Assembly: GCA_039190745.1 (NCBI GenBank)
Contig: JBCCXZ010000019.1
Location: forward strand, 1 to 56,616
DNA from: Planctomycetota bacterium
Lineage (GTDB): Bacteria; Planctomycetota; Planctomycetia; Pirellulales; Lacipirellulaceae
DNA: 56,616 nucleotides
Direction of reading: 5' to 3'
The translations under genes were made by a program, and so were the position numbers. The notes below the pieces were generated by a model. That model ran no database searches, was not told the origin of the DNA, and saw only the letters and a list, made by a program, of their open reading frames with translations. This document shows positions 8,736 through 18,758 of the stretch, in pieces (the first letter of the stretch is position 1; every line of letters begins with the position of its first letter).

Positions 8736-9830
8736 ATGGACGAACGCAGGAAACAATTCCGGGTCGGGCTGGTCGTGTTCTCGACCATGGTGCTTTCGGG
8801 CGTGCTGGTTGCGCTCAACAGCAACTTTTCGTTCAACCCGTTCCAGGGGCGGTACGAGTTGCAGATCGACGTCGACCAGGCGCCCGGCGTGGCGCCCGAC
8901 ACGCCGGTGCGGCGGCGCGGCGTGCTGATCGGCCGGGTGGCCGCGGTCCGCGCAACCGACGAGGGGGCGCAGATCATCGTCAGCATCAAGGACGACAAAG
9001 AAGTCAAATCCAATGAACGGGCTCGGGTGCAGACCTCGCTGGTGGGCGACGCGGTGGTGGAGTTCGTCCCGGTAGGGCCGCCGGCGGGGGCGCAGCCGAT
9101 CCAGCCCGGCGGGCGGGTGCGGGGTTCGTTCGCGCCGGGGCCGGTCGACCTGCTGGCCAACCTGCAGGGTGACTTGCAGATGACGATCCAATCGCTGGGA
9201 GACGCGGGGCGGCAGGTGGCGACGCTCGCTGATCGGCTGAACGTGGTGCTCGGCGACCAGGACCCGCAGCGGATCAACCGGCTGATCGCGTCGCTGGAGC
9301 AGTCCTCCCAGCAGTTCAACGTGGTGATGGCCCAGGTGGACGACTTGCTGGGCGATGAGGCTTACCGGGCGAACCTGCGAGAGGGGCTGGCCCAGGCGCC
9401 GGCGGCGATCAACGACGCCCGGGCGCTCTTGGAGGGCCTGCAGAACGCGATCGGCTCGGCGGACCAGAACCTGCAGAATCTGCAGGGGCTCACCGGCCCG
9501 CTTGGCGAACGAGGGCCTGAGCTGGTCGCCACGCTGCAGGAGGGCGTGCTGAACCTCACCGAGCTGCTGGCCCAGGCGGCGCTACTGAGCCGGCGGATCA
9601 ACGAGAGCGAGGGCACGCTCGGCAAGCTGATCAACGACAGCCGCATTTACGACGAGGCGGCGCTGACGCTGGTGCAGGTCCGCGAGATCGTTGCGACGGT
9701 GCAGATGATGACCAAGCGTCTGCGTCCGATCATTGACGACGTGCGGGTGTTTACGGACAAGATCGCCCGCGACCCGGCGCGGATCACACGGGGCATCGTC
9801 CCGCGGAACCGTGAGACGCCTATCAAATAG
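8736..9830 (+). CDS. mlaD: MlaD/MCE-domain substrate-binding protein with long helical tail
   Basis: N-terminal TM, APGVAPDTPVRRRGVLIGRV, GTLGKLIND; follows mlaEF. Confidence 0.88.
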   Translation: MDERRKQFRVGLVVFSTMVLSGVLVALNSNFSFNPFQGRYELQIDVDQAPGVAPDTPVRRRGVLIGRVAAVRATDEGAQIIVSIKDDKEVKSNERARVQTSLVGDAVVEFVPVGPPAGAQPIQPGGRVRGSFAPGPVDLLANLQGDLQMTIQSLGDAGRQVATLADRLNVVLGDQDPQRINRLIASLEQSSQQFNVVMAQVDDLLGDEAYRANLREGLAQAPAAINDARALLEGLQNAIGSADQNLQNLQGLTGPLGERGPELVATLQEGVLNLTELLAQAALLSRRINESEGTLGKLINDSRIYDEAALTLVQVREIVATVQMMTKRLRPIIDDVRVFTDKIARDPARITRGIVPRNRETPIK

Positions 9831-9845
9831 GCGGAATCTGAGCGA

Positions 9846-10403
9846 TCAAGGAGGCGGCAGCGGTTCCAACACCGTGCCGCCCGGCGGCAGGGAGCCCGGT
9901 TGGATCGTCTCGGGGAATATTGTCCCCTGCGGCGGCAGTAACGGGCCCGTGGCAGGCGTGCCTTCAGGTACCGATGCCGCGGCGGGGACCACCGCCCCTT
10001 GCTGCGTGTTTGCACGCAGCTGCTCGGCACGCGCGAGGAGTTGATCGGTCGGCACGATCACTTGCGGCGAGAGGCTGTAGGTGAGCGTGCGGAAGTCTTG
10101 CACCTTACGCGGGTAGAGCACCTCGCTCACGAAGTCGAGTGGCGGCACCTGGTACCAGGGCGGCGGCACCGGCTGCGAGACGGTGAGCGTCTCGTAGCCC
10201 GGCTTCACGAGGCGGATCTCGCGGGTGCCGTAGTAAGTGAAGCTGGCGGCGCAGGGGGTGACGCCCACCTGTTCGTTGTCGACGTAGACCAGTGCGCCGG
10301 CGGGGTTGCTGCGGATCATGAGCCGCCGGCGGACGCACCCGGGCAGGAGCACCAGCACAGCGAGCGCGACGAGCGCTAAACGTTGGGCGGCGGGGTTGCG
10401 CAT
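9846..10403 (-). CDS. PEGA-domain lipoprotein
   Basis: Lipobox LPGC; IRSNPAGALVYVDNEQVGVTP...LVKPGYET. Confidence 0.85.
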   Translation of the reverse strand: MRNPAAQRLALVALAVLVLLPGCVRRRLMIRSNPAGALVYVDNEQVGVTPCAASFTYYGTREIRLVKPGYETLTVSQPVPPPWYQVPPLDFVSEVLYPRKVQDFRTLTYSLSPQVIVPTDQLLARAEQLRANTQQGAVVPAAASVPEGTPATGPLLPPQGTIFPETIQPGSLPPGGTVLEPLPPP

Positions 10404-10672
10404 AGGCTGACGAGTGATGAGCGGGCACAGGGCTGCGGTCTGAAGAGGGCGGGAGTATAGGGAGGCCTTGCGGGCCTTGCCACGCCAGCTAGAGCCGGTC
10501 GGGCCTCGCGATCACCCATTTCCCGCGGCTATCGGCCGACGCTAGCGAGAGATAAGATAGAGAAGCTACAGATAGCCGAGTGCCCGCGGGTTACGGGGGT
10601 CCTCACCGTGGATTGACGGGTTCTGGTCGTCTCCTCTCCCCTCACACCGCAACAGAACAGGCCCCGGGCCGG

Positions 10673-12007
10673 ATGAGCGACGCCGAGGAATACTCCGGAA
10701 TGCCGCCGCACGGAGCGGAGCAGCTGGCGGGCGGACTGCGTTGCGCGGCGGTGAGCGACGTCGGGATGCGGCGGAGCAACAACCAGGACTCGATGGCTTT
10801 GTCGCTGGCCGACAACCCGGAGCGGTTCGCCAGCCGGGGGCACCTGCTGATGGTGGCCGACGGCATGGGGGCCCACGCGGCGGGGGAGCTCGCCAGCCAG
10901 ATGGCGGCCGACACGATCCCGCACAGCTACCACAAGCGGGTTGATTCGCCGCCGGGGCAGGCGATCGTCGAGGCGGTCGTCGAGGCCAACAACCTCATCT
11001 ACGCCAAAGGCCAGAACAGCGTCGACTTCCAAGGCATGGGCACCACGTGCAGCTGCCTGCTGCTGCTGGAGACCGGCGCGATGGCCGCGCACGTGGGCGA
11101 CAGCCGTGTGTACCGGCTGCGCGACGACCGTTTCGAGCAGCTCACGTTCGACCACAGCCTGGTGTGGGAGATCGCCGCGGCGGGGCAGGCTTCTGAGGAG
11201 GAGGTGCCGGCCTATGTGCCGAAGAACGTAATCACCCGTTCGCTGGGGCCGCACCCGACGGTGTCGGTCGATCTTGAGGGGCCGTTCCCCGTGCAGACGG
11301 GCGACAAGTACCTGCTCTGCAGCGACGGGCTTACCGGCCCGCTGGGGCCCGAACTGATCGGCATGGTGCTTGGCGCTCTGCCGCCGGCGGAGGCTTCGCA
11401 GACGCTGGTCGACTTGGCCAACCTGCTGGGCGGGCCGGACAACATTACGGTGGTGGCCGCGGAGGTGTGCGATCACAAACGGATGGGCGAGTGCATCTCT
11501 TGCGAAGACCCGTGCGGGGCGACGGTCTCTTCGGGAAAAACTGGATGGTCGGTGGGCCCGCTGGCAACCGGGCTGGGTGCGGCGGCGGCCGGCGTCGCGG
11601 CCGCGGTTGGTCAGCCCATTGTCGCCGGCGGATTCGTGGTGCTCGCGCTCGCGGCGTGCGGCTACTGGCTCGCGACGGGCCGCTCTCATCAGCCCGCGGC
11701 GACCGGGGGCGACAGCCAACTCGCCGGCAAAGCGCCGTACCGCACGCACCCCTGCGAGCCATCGGCGGAAAAGATCGCGACCCTGATCGACATCGTCCGT
11801 CAGCTCGAGGACCTGGAGGACCAGACCGACTGGGACTTCGATTGGACGCCCATCCACGAAGACCGGCAGGGCGCCTACCAGGCGATGGCCGGCGGCGACT
11901 ACCGGCAGGCGGTCGTCTCCTACTCGAGCGCCGTGCGGCGGATGATGCGTGCGTTGCGGGAGCACGGATCTAGCAAATCGAGCGATTCGAGCGTCGACCT
12001 CACCTGA
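10673..12007 (+). CDS. PP2C/PPM-family Ser/Thr phosphatase with C-terminal TM segments
   Basis: SDVGMRRSNNQD, VADGMGAH, HVGDSR, LLCSDGL, GGPDNIT; start codon uncertain (ORF opens at 10580). Confidence 0.92.
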   Translation: MSDAEEYSGMPPHGAEQLAGGLRCAAVSDVGMRRSNNQDSMALSLADNPERFASRGHLLMVADGMGAHAAGELASQMAADTIPHSYHKRVDSPPGQAIVEAVVEANNLIYAKGQNSVDFQGMGTTCSCLLLLETGAMAAHVGDSRVYRLRDDRFEQLTFDHSLVWEIAAAGQASEEEVPAYVPKNVITRSLGPHPTVSVDLEGPFPVQTGDKYLLCSDGLTGPLGPELIGMVLGALPPAEASQTLVDLANLLGGPDNITVVAAEVCDHKRMGECISCEDPCGATVSSGKTGWSVGPLATGLGAAAAGVAAAVGQPIVAGGFVVLALAACGYWLATGRSHQPAATGGDSQLAGKAPYRTHPCEPSAEKIATLIDIVRQLEDLEDQTDWDFDWTPIHEDRQGAYQAMAGGDYRQAVVSYSSAVRRMMRALREHGSSKSSDSSVDLT

Positions 12008-12186
12008 GCCGGCTTTAGGAACTCGGCCTTTCTACTCAATCGCCGTGGACCGGCTTCGCTAGCATCGCTCGGAAGTGTTGTTCTCCCACGCCCGGGCCGC
12101 TGCTAGAGTGCCCGCCCCTCCCTCCGCACGGGCTTCCGCCAGGGAGCCTGGCCTGACGAAGTCTGCGCAGACAGAGACCTGGGCCG

Positions 12187-13368
12187 ATGAAGATCCTCAC
12201 CCAGTACATCCTGCTCGATCTGATCGCCACGTTCCTGGCGACGCTGATTAGCATGACCGTGTTCGTGCTGGTCTTCTTGGTCGGCGACGAAGCGATCGAC
12301 AAGGGGCTGGGCCTCTCGGCCGTGCTGCGGACGATCCCGTATTTCCTGCCGCAGGCGATGGCGCTCACCGTGCCCGGCACGATGCTGCTGGCGACGACTA
12401 TCGTTTATGGCCGGGTGGCGTCGGGCAACGAAATCGTGGCCGTGAAGTCGCTGGGCGTCACGCCGATGTCGCTGGTGAAGCCGGCGTTGATCCTGGCCGC
12501 GATCACGAGCGTCGGGGCGGTGTGGCTGAACGACATCGCTGTTTCCTGGGGCCGCGACGGCGTGCAGCGGGTTTTTTTCGAGTCGCTGGAGCAGATCGCC
12601 CTGGGGCGGCTTGAGTCGCAGGGTTCGTTCACGTTCGGCGAGTGGGAGGTGAACGTCGCCGCGGTGCAGGGCGGCACGCTCATCCACCCGGTGGTCCGCA
12701 AGAACACCGCGGGCGGGCCCCCGTGGTTGATCGACGCAGACACCGCCGAGGTGCGCGTCGACAAGCAGCACAACAGCCTTGTTTTTAAGCTTCTCAACGC
12801 GGAGGGCGAAGTCAAAGGCCGCGTTTTCAGCCTGCCCGGTGAGTTCGAGCAGGAAGTGACCTTCGACGAACTAACTGGCCGGGGGCGGTCGAGCCGCAGC
12901 CCGTCGCAGTACGCCTTGCGTGAGATCGGCCCGGCGAAGGCGGAGCAGCTCCACCGCTTGGAGGTTCTCGGCGAGGAGACCGCCACCGATACGGCGTTCA
13001 CGCTCATCACCGGCGGGAGCGCCGACACGGCAAGGGGCGACGATCCTCAGCGCCGGCGCCAGCACGCCCATGCGACGGCGCTCCTGCACCGCTTTGGCAC
13101 CGAGCCGCACCGGCGGTGGTCGGGGGGCTTCAGCTGCCTGAGCTTCGTGCTGATCGGCGCCCCGATGGCGATCCGCCGCCGCCACGGGGAGTTCTGGGGC
13201 AGCTTCTTCGCCTGCTTCCTGCCGATTCTAATCGTCTTCTACCCGATGCTGGCGGTTACCGTCGACCAAGCGAAAGACGGCGGCGTGCCGCCCGTGGCCG
13301 TGTGGCTGGGCAACCTGGTGCTCGCCGCGTGGGGCGTGCTGCTCTTGCGGCGGGTGCTGCGTTACTAG
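12187..13368 (+). CDS. LptF/LptG-family permease
   Basis: MKILTQYIL, YGRVASGNEIVAVKSLGV, three TM + periplasmic region + three TM, WLGNLVL. Confidence 0.88.
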   Translation: MKILTQYILLDLIATFLATLISMTVFVLVFLVGDEAIDKGLGLSAVLRTIPYFLPQAMALTVPGTMLLATTIVYGRVASGNEIVAVKSLGVTPMSLVKPALILAAITSVGAVWLNDIAVSWGRDGVQRVFFESLEQIALGRLESQGSFTFGEWEVNVAAVQGGTLIHPVVRKNTAGGPPWLIDADTAEVRVDKQHNSLVFKLLNAEGEVKGRVFSLPGEFEQEVTFDELTGRGRSSRSPSQYALREIGPAKAEQLHRLEVLGEETATDTAFTLITGGSADTARGDDPQRRRQHAHATALLHRFGTEPHRRWSGGFSCLSFVLIGAPMAIRRRHGEFWGSFFACFLPILIVFYPMLAVTVDQAKDGGVPPVAVWLGNLVLAAWGVLLLRRVLRY

Positions 13369-13586
13369 TGCGAGTCGCACACACGTATAGCGTCGGCGGC
13401 GATGTGTTCGCCGGCTGTTCCGACGGAGAAGCCGCTACGCTTCGGTGTTGTGCGCTCTAGCGGGTGCTAGCGTCCTGTAGATTGGCCGGGTGATTAGCGT
13501 TGCGGGGGCTCGGCGGGCGTTGCTACACTCCCGCCCCGTTTTTTACGCAGCTCTTGCTGCGCCCGACCCACGACACGGATGTCGTT

Positions 13587-15254
13587 GTGCTCGCACGCCG
13601 CCCCATACGCACGAAGCTCCAGATCGGGCTCGGCGTCCTGATGCTCACCGAGCTGACGCTCTTCGTCAGCGCTTACTATGGGCTCTACTCGTACCGGGCG
13701 CTGGTGAAAGACCTGAACGCACGCTCGGCCGAGCTGCCGATCACCAGCGAGATGCTCATGCGGGCGAGCGACCTGCGGGTGACGCTCTGCCAGGCCACCG
13801 ACCGGGTGCAGCCGGGCGACTCGCCGCTGGTGGAAGACGCGGACGCCTACGCCGACGACGGCTGGTACATCCGCGAGCAGTACCGCTCGCGCCTCGGGCA
13901 GCTGGTCGATTCGGTCGAGAAGTACCGGGCCCAACTCGACCACGGCACGGTGGGGTCGATTGCGCGGCTGACCGACGACACCCGCGAGAGGCGGGTGCTG
14001 GCCGAGATCGACCTGCTGCTCGCCGACCTCGGCGGCGGTGACACGGCCGCGGCGCTCGAAGAAGACTGGCTGTTGGACTTGGTGAAGGTCGACGAGCTGC
14101 GGGACAAGGTCGAGACGCTGTGCAACCTCGTGGCCGAGGTGCCCGGCTACATGCACGAGCAGATCAACGAGCTGGCGGTCAACGTCCGGGCGAAGTACCG
14201 CACCGCGATCATCACGGCTTGGCTGACGTTGGTGGCGACCTCGGTGATGCTGGTGGTCGCCGCGCGGCTGTTCTACAAGTGGATCGCCCAGCCGCTGCAG
14301 ACGCTGGTGGAGGGTTCGCGAGAGGTCGCCCGGGGCAAGTTCGACCACCGCATCGCGATCACTACCGAAGACGAGATGGCTGAGCTGGCCGAAGCGATGA
14401 ACGCCATGACGGCCCGGTTCCGCGAGACCCGCGACGACCTCGACCAGCAGGTGCAGGAGCGCACCAACCAGGTCGTGCGGAGCGAGCAGCTCGCCAGCGT
14501 CGGCTTCCTGGCCGCGGGCGTCGCGCACGAGATCAACAACCCGCTGGCCTCGATCGCGATGTGCAGCGAATCGCTCGAGGGCCGGCTCTCCGACGCCTTA
14601 GGCGGCGACGATTTGGGGGAAGAAGTCGGGGTCGCTCACAACTACCTGCAGATGATCCAGCGGGAGGCCTTCCGCTGCAAGCAAATCACTGAGAAGCTGC
14701 TCGACTTCGCAAGGATGGGCGACTCGCAGCGGCACCGCACCGATCTTCGCGAGCTAGTCGGGGGCGTCATCGAAATGGTGCAGCACGTCGGCAAGTACCA
14801 GGACAAGAACGTGGAGTTGCTGGACGGCGACCCGGCAATCGCCGAGGTGAGCGGCCAAGAGATCAAGCAGGTCGTGCTGAACCTGGTGACCAACGCACTG
14901 GAGAGCGTCGACCAAGGGGGCCGCGTGACGGTCGAGGTCTCGTCCGACGGGGACGGCGCGACGATCGCGGTCGCCGACAACGGCTGCGGGATGACCGAGG
15001 AGGTCCGCAAGCATTTGTTCGAGCCTTTCTTCACCCGTCGCCGGACTGGGCAGGGGATCGGGCTCGGGCTGTCGATCACGTACCGCATCGTGCAGGAGCA
15101 CCGCGGCACGATCGAGGCCGAGAGCGGTGGGGCCGGGCAGGGGTCCCGCTTTGTCGTCTCCCTGCCCGTGAATTGTACCACCGGCGCAGTATCGTCCAGC
15201 GAGGACGCACCGCCCAGCGTGAATGAGAGCAGCTATCGCCACCAAGCAGCCTAA
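13587..15254 (+). CDS. HAMP-domain sensor histidine kinase
   Basis: Two TM segments, HAMP, H-box AGVAHEINNPL, NLVTNA, DNGCGM, FEPFFT, GIGLGL; GTG start at 13587 inferred. Confidence 0.92.
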   Translation: MLARRPIRTKLQIGLGVLMLTELTLFVSAYYGLYSYRALVKDLNARSAELPITSEMLMRASDLRVTLCQATDRVQPGDSPLVEDADAYADDGWYIREQYRSRLGQLVDSVEKYRAQLDHGTVGSIARLTDDTRERRVLAEIDLLLADLGGGDTAAALEEDWLLDLVKVDELRDKVETLCNLVAEVPGYMHEQINELAVNVRAKYRTAIITAWLTLVATSVMLVVAARLFYKWIAQPLQTLVEGSREVARGKFDHRIAITTEDEMAELAEAMNAMTARFRETRDDLDQQVQERTNQVVRSEQLASVGFLAAGVAHEINNPLASIAMCSESLEGRLSDALGGDDLGEEVGVAHNYLQMIQREAFRCKQITEKLLDFARMGDSQRHRTDLRELVGGVIEMVQHVGKYQDKNVELLDGDPAIAEVSGQEIKQVVLNLVTNALESVDQGGRVTVEVSSDGDGATIAVADNGCGMTEEVRKHLFEPFFTRRRTGQGIGLGLSITYRIVQEHRGTIEAESGGAGQGSRFVVSLPVNCTTGAVSSSEDAPPSVNESSYRHQAA

Positions 15255-16620
15255 CAGCCAGGGTCTCACGCTCCTGTTCGCCGACGACGAGCGTTCGCTG
15301 CAGGAACTGATGAAGCTGGAGCTGCCCCGCCTGGGGCACAAGGCCACCGTGTGCCCCGACGGGCTGACCGCGGTCGCGGCGCTCGAGAAGAACACCTACG
15401 ACTGCATCCTGGTCGACCTCGACATGCCGGGGCTCGACGGCATCGGCGTGATCGCCAAGTGCAAGGAGATGTCGCCCGACACCGAGGCGGTGGTGCTCAC
15501 CGGCAAGAGTTCGATGGACACGGCCATCGCTGCGCTGCGTCACGGGGCGTTCGATTACCTGACCAAGCCGTGCAAGCTGATCGAGATCGAGGCGCTGCTG
15601 AAGCGCGTCACCGAGAAGCGTCAGCTCACGCAGAAGTACCGCGCGCTGAAGCACCGCGTGCGGAGCCTGGAGGGCGCCCCGCGGCTGATCGGCGAGTCGG
15701 CCGGCATGCGCAAGGTGCGGCTGATGATCGAGAAGGTTGCGCCGACGCAGTCAACCGTGATGGTGCTCGGCGAGACCGGCACCGGCAAGGAACTGGTCGC
15801 CCGCGCGATTCACGACCACAGCAGCCGCAGCGACATGCCTTTTGTGGCGGTCAACTGCGGGGCGCTGCCCGAGACGCTCATCGAGAGCGAGCTCTTCGGG
15901 CACGCTAAGGGCGCGTTTACCGGCGCCGACGAGCACCGCACTGGCTTGTTCGAGGTCGCCCACGGCGGGACGATCTTCCTCGACGAGATCGGCGAGCTGC
16001 CCAAGGCGATGCAGGCCAAGCTGCTGCGGGTGCTTGAGAGCGGCGAGATCCGCAGGGTGGGCGAGAACAAATCGACCACGGTGGACGTCCGCGTGGTGAC
16101 CGCGACGCACCGCGACCTGCCGCAAATGGTTGCGGAGGAGGAGTTCCGCGAAGACCTGATGTACCGGATCAACACGTTCGAGATCAAGCTGCCCGCCCTG
16201 CGGGAGCGGGCCAGCGACGTGCCCGAGCTGGCTCGGCACCTGCTCGCGCGGCACCGGGGCTTGGCGAGCGGCGACCAGGTGCAGATCGCCGACGACGCGG
16301 TCGAGGCGCTCGCTGCGCATGTGTGGCCCGGCAACGTCCGCGAGCTGGCGAACGTGGTAGAGCACGCGAACATCCTGTGCGACGGCGGGCCGATCACGGC
16401 CGACCACTTGCCTCAGCATTTCAACCGCCGGCAGCTAACGGGCGCCGCAAAGCTCCGCCGCGGGCCGATGACGCTCCGCCAGATGGAGATGGAGGCGATC
16501 CACGAAGCGCTAGAGCGCAGCGACGGCAGCAAACCGAAGGCCGCCGCCGAGTTGGGCATCAGCCTCAAGACGCTCTACAACAAGCTGAACGCGGAGAGCA
16601 ACCTCGAGAAGACGGCCTGA
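15223..16620 (+). CDS. Sigma54-dependent response regulator (NtrC/AtoC family)
   Basis: Receiver (DD..DLDMP..KP), GETGTGKE, ESELFGHAKGAFTGA, WPGNVREL, Fis-type HTH. Confidence 0.95.
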   Translation: MRAAIATKQPNSQGLTLLFADDERSLQELMKLELPRLGHKATVCPDGLTAVAALEKNTYDCILVDLDMPGLDGIGVIAKCKEMSPDTEAVVLTGKSSMDTAIAALRHGAFDYLTKPCKLIEIEALLKRVTEKRQLTQKYRALKHRVRSLEGAPRLIGESAGMRKVRLMIEKVAPTQSTVMVLGETGTGKELVARAIHDHSSRSDMPFVAVNCGALPETLIESELFGHAKGAFTGADEHRTGLFEVAHGGTIFLDEIGELPKAMQAKLLRVLESGEIRRVGENKSTTVDVRVVTATHRDLPQMVAEEEFREDLMYRINTFEIKLPALRERASDVPELARHLLARHRGLASGDQVQIADDAVEALAAHVWPGNVRELANVVEHANILCDGGPITADHLPQHFNRRQLTGAAKLRRGPMTLRQMEMEAIHEALERSDGSKPKAAAELGISLKTLYNKLNAESNLEKTA

Positions 16621-16634
16621 AGCTGAGGGCCGGA

Positions 16635-16771
16635 GGGGACCACGAAAGACGCGAAAGGCACGAAAAAGGAATGACGGCTACGGCGCCGCGTTCCTGAATG
16701 CCAACCCGCAAGAGTTTTCTGTTCCTATACCTTCTCTCTTCTTTCGCGCATCTCGTGTCTTTCGTGGTTCC
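16635..16771. repeat. Inverted pair of 9-mer arrays (CACGAAAGA-type) between convergent genes
   Basis: GGGAC CACGAAAGA CGCGAAAGG CACGAAA ... TTTCGCG CATCTCGTG TCTTTCGTG GTTCC. Confidence 0.8.
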
Positions 16772-16777
16772 TAATCC

Positions 16778-17377
16778 CTACGCCACCTTCCGCACAACGC
16801 CGGTCACTACGCCGAGCACCTTGACGTTGCGGCTGTAGATCGGCTTCATCGTCTTGTTCGCCGGCTGCAGGCGGATGCGGTTCGCTTCGGGGTACCAGTA
16901 CTTAAGGGTCGCTTCGCCGTCGTCGGTGAGCGCGACCACGATGTCGCCCCGGTCGGCGGTGCGGGCCTTGCGGCAGATGACGACGTCGCCGTCGGCGATC
17001 TGGGCCTCGATCATCGACTCGCCGGTCACCTTCAGTGCGAACTGGTTCTTGTGGTGGAACCAGTCGTCGAAGTCGAACCGCTCCGACTGCTCGATGGCCT
17101 CGGCGAGGTTGCCCGCGGCGATCTGGCCGACCAGCGGCATGCCGGCCTCCGGGAGGGCCTCGTCGGTGAGCTGGATCGCCCGCGACATGTTGGCCTCGCG
17201 GGTGATGAAGCCCTTCTTCTCCAGGGCTTTCAGGTGGCACATGACGCCGTTGGGCGAGGCGATGCCGAAATTGTCGCCGATCTCGCGGACCGTTGGGCCG
17301 TAGCCGCGGTTCTCGATCAAACCGTGGATGAAGTCGAGCACTTCCTTCTGGCGGCGTGTAAGCTGGTCGAAAGACAT
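16778..17377 (-). CDS. lexA: SOS repressor LexA
   Basis: LTRRQKEVLDFI...GYGPTVREIG...HLKALEKKGFI; Ala-Gly cleavage site IAAG, catalytic Ser in GESM and Lys in ATLK; start MSFDQL at 17377. Confidence 0.96.
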   Translation of the reverse strand: MSFDQLTRRQKEVLDFIHGLIENRGYGPTVREIGDNFGIASPNGVMCHLKALEKKGFITREANMSRAIQLTDEALPEAGMPLVGQIAAGNLAEAIEQSERFDFDDWFHHKNQFALKVTGESMIEAQIADGDVVICRKARTADRGDIVVALTDDGEATLKYWYPEANRIRLQPANKTMKPIYSRNVKVLGVVTGVVRKVA

Positions 17378-17527
17378 TAGTGGAAATCTCCCCCCTCTTG
17401 GCGCTTGGTTTGGACTCGCTGACGCAGGTTGAGCAGATCGGAGCGGCCCAATGGCTTTTTGTTCTGTGGGGTAAAAACCCGGTGCGAAGCATGTACCGCG
17501 TCGTATCCCCGGTCGTCCTTTAGGGTT

Positions 17528-17556
17528 ATCGTAATATACGCCCGTACACATGACAA
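17528..17556 (-). promoter_or_regulatory. Predicted sigma70 promoter of lexA
   Basis: Minus strand TTGTCA-N17-TACGAT. Confidence 0.65.
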
Positions 17557-17569
17557 GTTCACTTGTACA
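17535..17569. promoter_or_regulatory. Two candidate LexA operators (TATAC-gccc-GTACA and AGTTC-actt-GTACA)
   Basis: Two 14-bp imperfect palindromes 21 bp apart; one lies in the promoter spacer and one abuts the -35. Confidence 0.55.
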
Positions 17570-17657
17570 CGCTTTTCTGTCGGTCCGGTTGTGCGGACTG
17601 GGCAAACAGGGCAATTCTGGACTCTCGGGACTGGATTTTGTCGCATTCTGTACGGCT

Positions 17658-18731
17658 ATGGGGATTGGGTTGATGGCTCATGCCGCTTCCGCCGTCGAGG
17701 AAGATAGAGAGAGGGTCCGGGTCGGTGTGGCTGGGCTGACGCACACCCACGTCCATTGGATCCTCGGCCGGCCTGATCGGGGCGACATCCAGTTGGTCGG
17801 GATCGCCGAGCCCAACCGCGATTTGGCCGAGCGGTACTGCGAGCAGCACGGTCTGCCGACTCAGCTGATCTACCCCACGCTCGAAGCAATGCTGGACGAG
17901 GCGGAGCCGGAGGCCGTGACGGCCTTTGGCACAATCCGCGAGCATCTGCAGGTGGTCGAGGCGTGCGCGCCGCGGGGCGTTCACGTCATGGTCGAGAAGC
18001 CGCTGGCGGTAAGCGGCGAACACGCTCGGCTGATGGCGTTGCTCGCCCGCGAGCACGGTGTGCACCTGTTGACCAATTACGAGACTAGTTGGTACCCCAG
18101 CCTGCACGAGTTGAAGCGGCGGGTCGACGCGGGCGAGATCGGCGACTTGCGGAAGGTGGTCGCCCACGCGGGGCACCCTGGGCCGATCGAGATCGGCTGC
18201 AACCCGGAGTTCACCGACTGGTTGTGCGACCCGGTAGAGAACGGCGGCGGGGCGCTAACGGACTTTGGCTGCTACGGGGTGAACCTGATGACGTGGCTCT
18301 GCGGCGGCGAGCGGCCGCGGTCGGTCACCGCGGTCACGCAGCAGATCAAGCCGGAGATGTATCCGCTGGTGGAGGACGAGGCGACCATTGTGCTCACCTA
18401 CCCGGGCTGTCAGGCGATTGTGCAGGCCTCGTGGAACTGGCCGATCCACCGCAAGGACTTGGCCGCTTACGGCACGAAGGGGCTGCTCGACGCGCGGGAC
18501 AGCGCAACGCTGCTCTCGGGCAGCGATTCACTGGAGCTTCGGCCACTGAACACGCCAGAGCTGCAGCCGTCGCGGGACGACCCGTTCGCCATGCTCGCCG
18601 CGGTGGTTCGAGGTCGGGTCGACCCCGCCGGGTCGCTGTCGTCGCTAGAGAACAACCTGATTGTCGTTGAAGTGCTCGACGCGGCGAAGCGTTCGGCCGA
18701 GACGGGGCAGCGGACTGAGCTAAGCAGATAG
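17658..18731 (+). CDS. Gfo/Idh/MocA oxidoreductase, probably exported
   Basis: VRVGVAGLTHTH, HVMVEKPLA, GGGALTDFGCYG; start uncertain (ORF opens at 17550). Confidence 0.9.
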   Translation: MGIGLMAHAASAVEEDRERVRVGVAGLTHTHVHWILGRPDRGDIQLVGIAEPNRDLAERYCEQHGLPTQLIYPTLEAMLDEAEPEAVTAFGTIREHLQVVEACAPRGVHVMVEKPLAVSGEHARLMALLAREHGVHLLTNYETSWYPSLHELKRRVDAGEIGDLRKVVAHAGHPGPIEIGCNPEFTDWLCDPVENGGGALTDFGCYGVNLMTWLCGGERPRSVTAVTQQIKPEMYPLVEDEATIVLTYPGCQAIVQASWNWPIHRKDLAAYGTKGLLDARDSATLLSGSDSLELRPLNTPELQPSRDDPFAMLAAVVRGRVDPAGSLSSLENNLIVVEVLDAAKRSAETGQRTELSR

Positions 18732-18758
18732 GAAGAAGGGCAATTCTCAAAGACCCTC

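Noticed and set aside
16635..16771. Short repeat arrays as CRISPR
   Set aside because: Units are 7-9 nt, tandem and inverted, with no unique spacers and no cas genes
17378..17614. N-terminal extension of LexA
   Set aside because: LexA homology starts at MSFDQL; the extension covers the predicted promoter and operators
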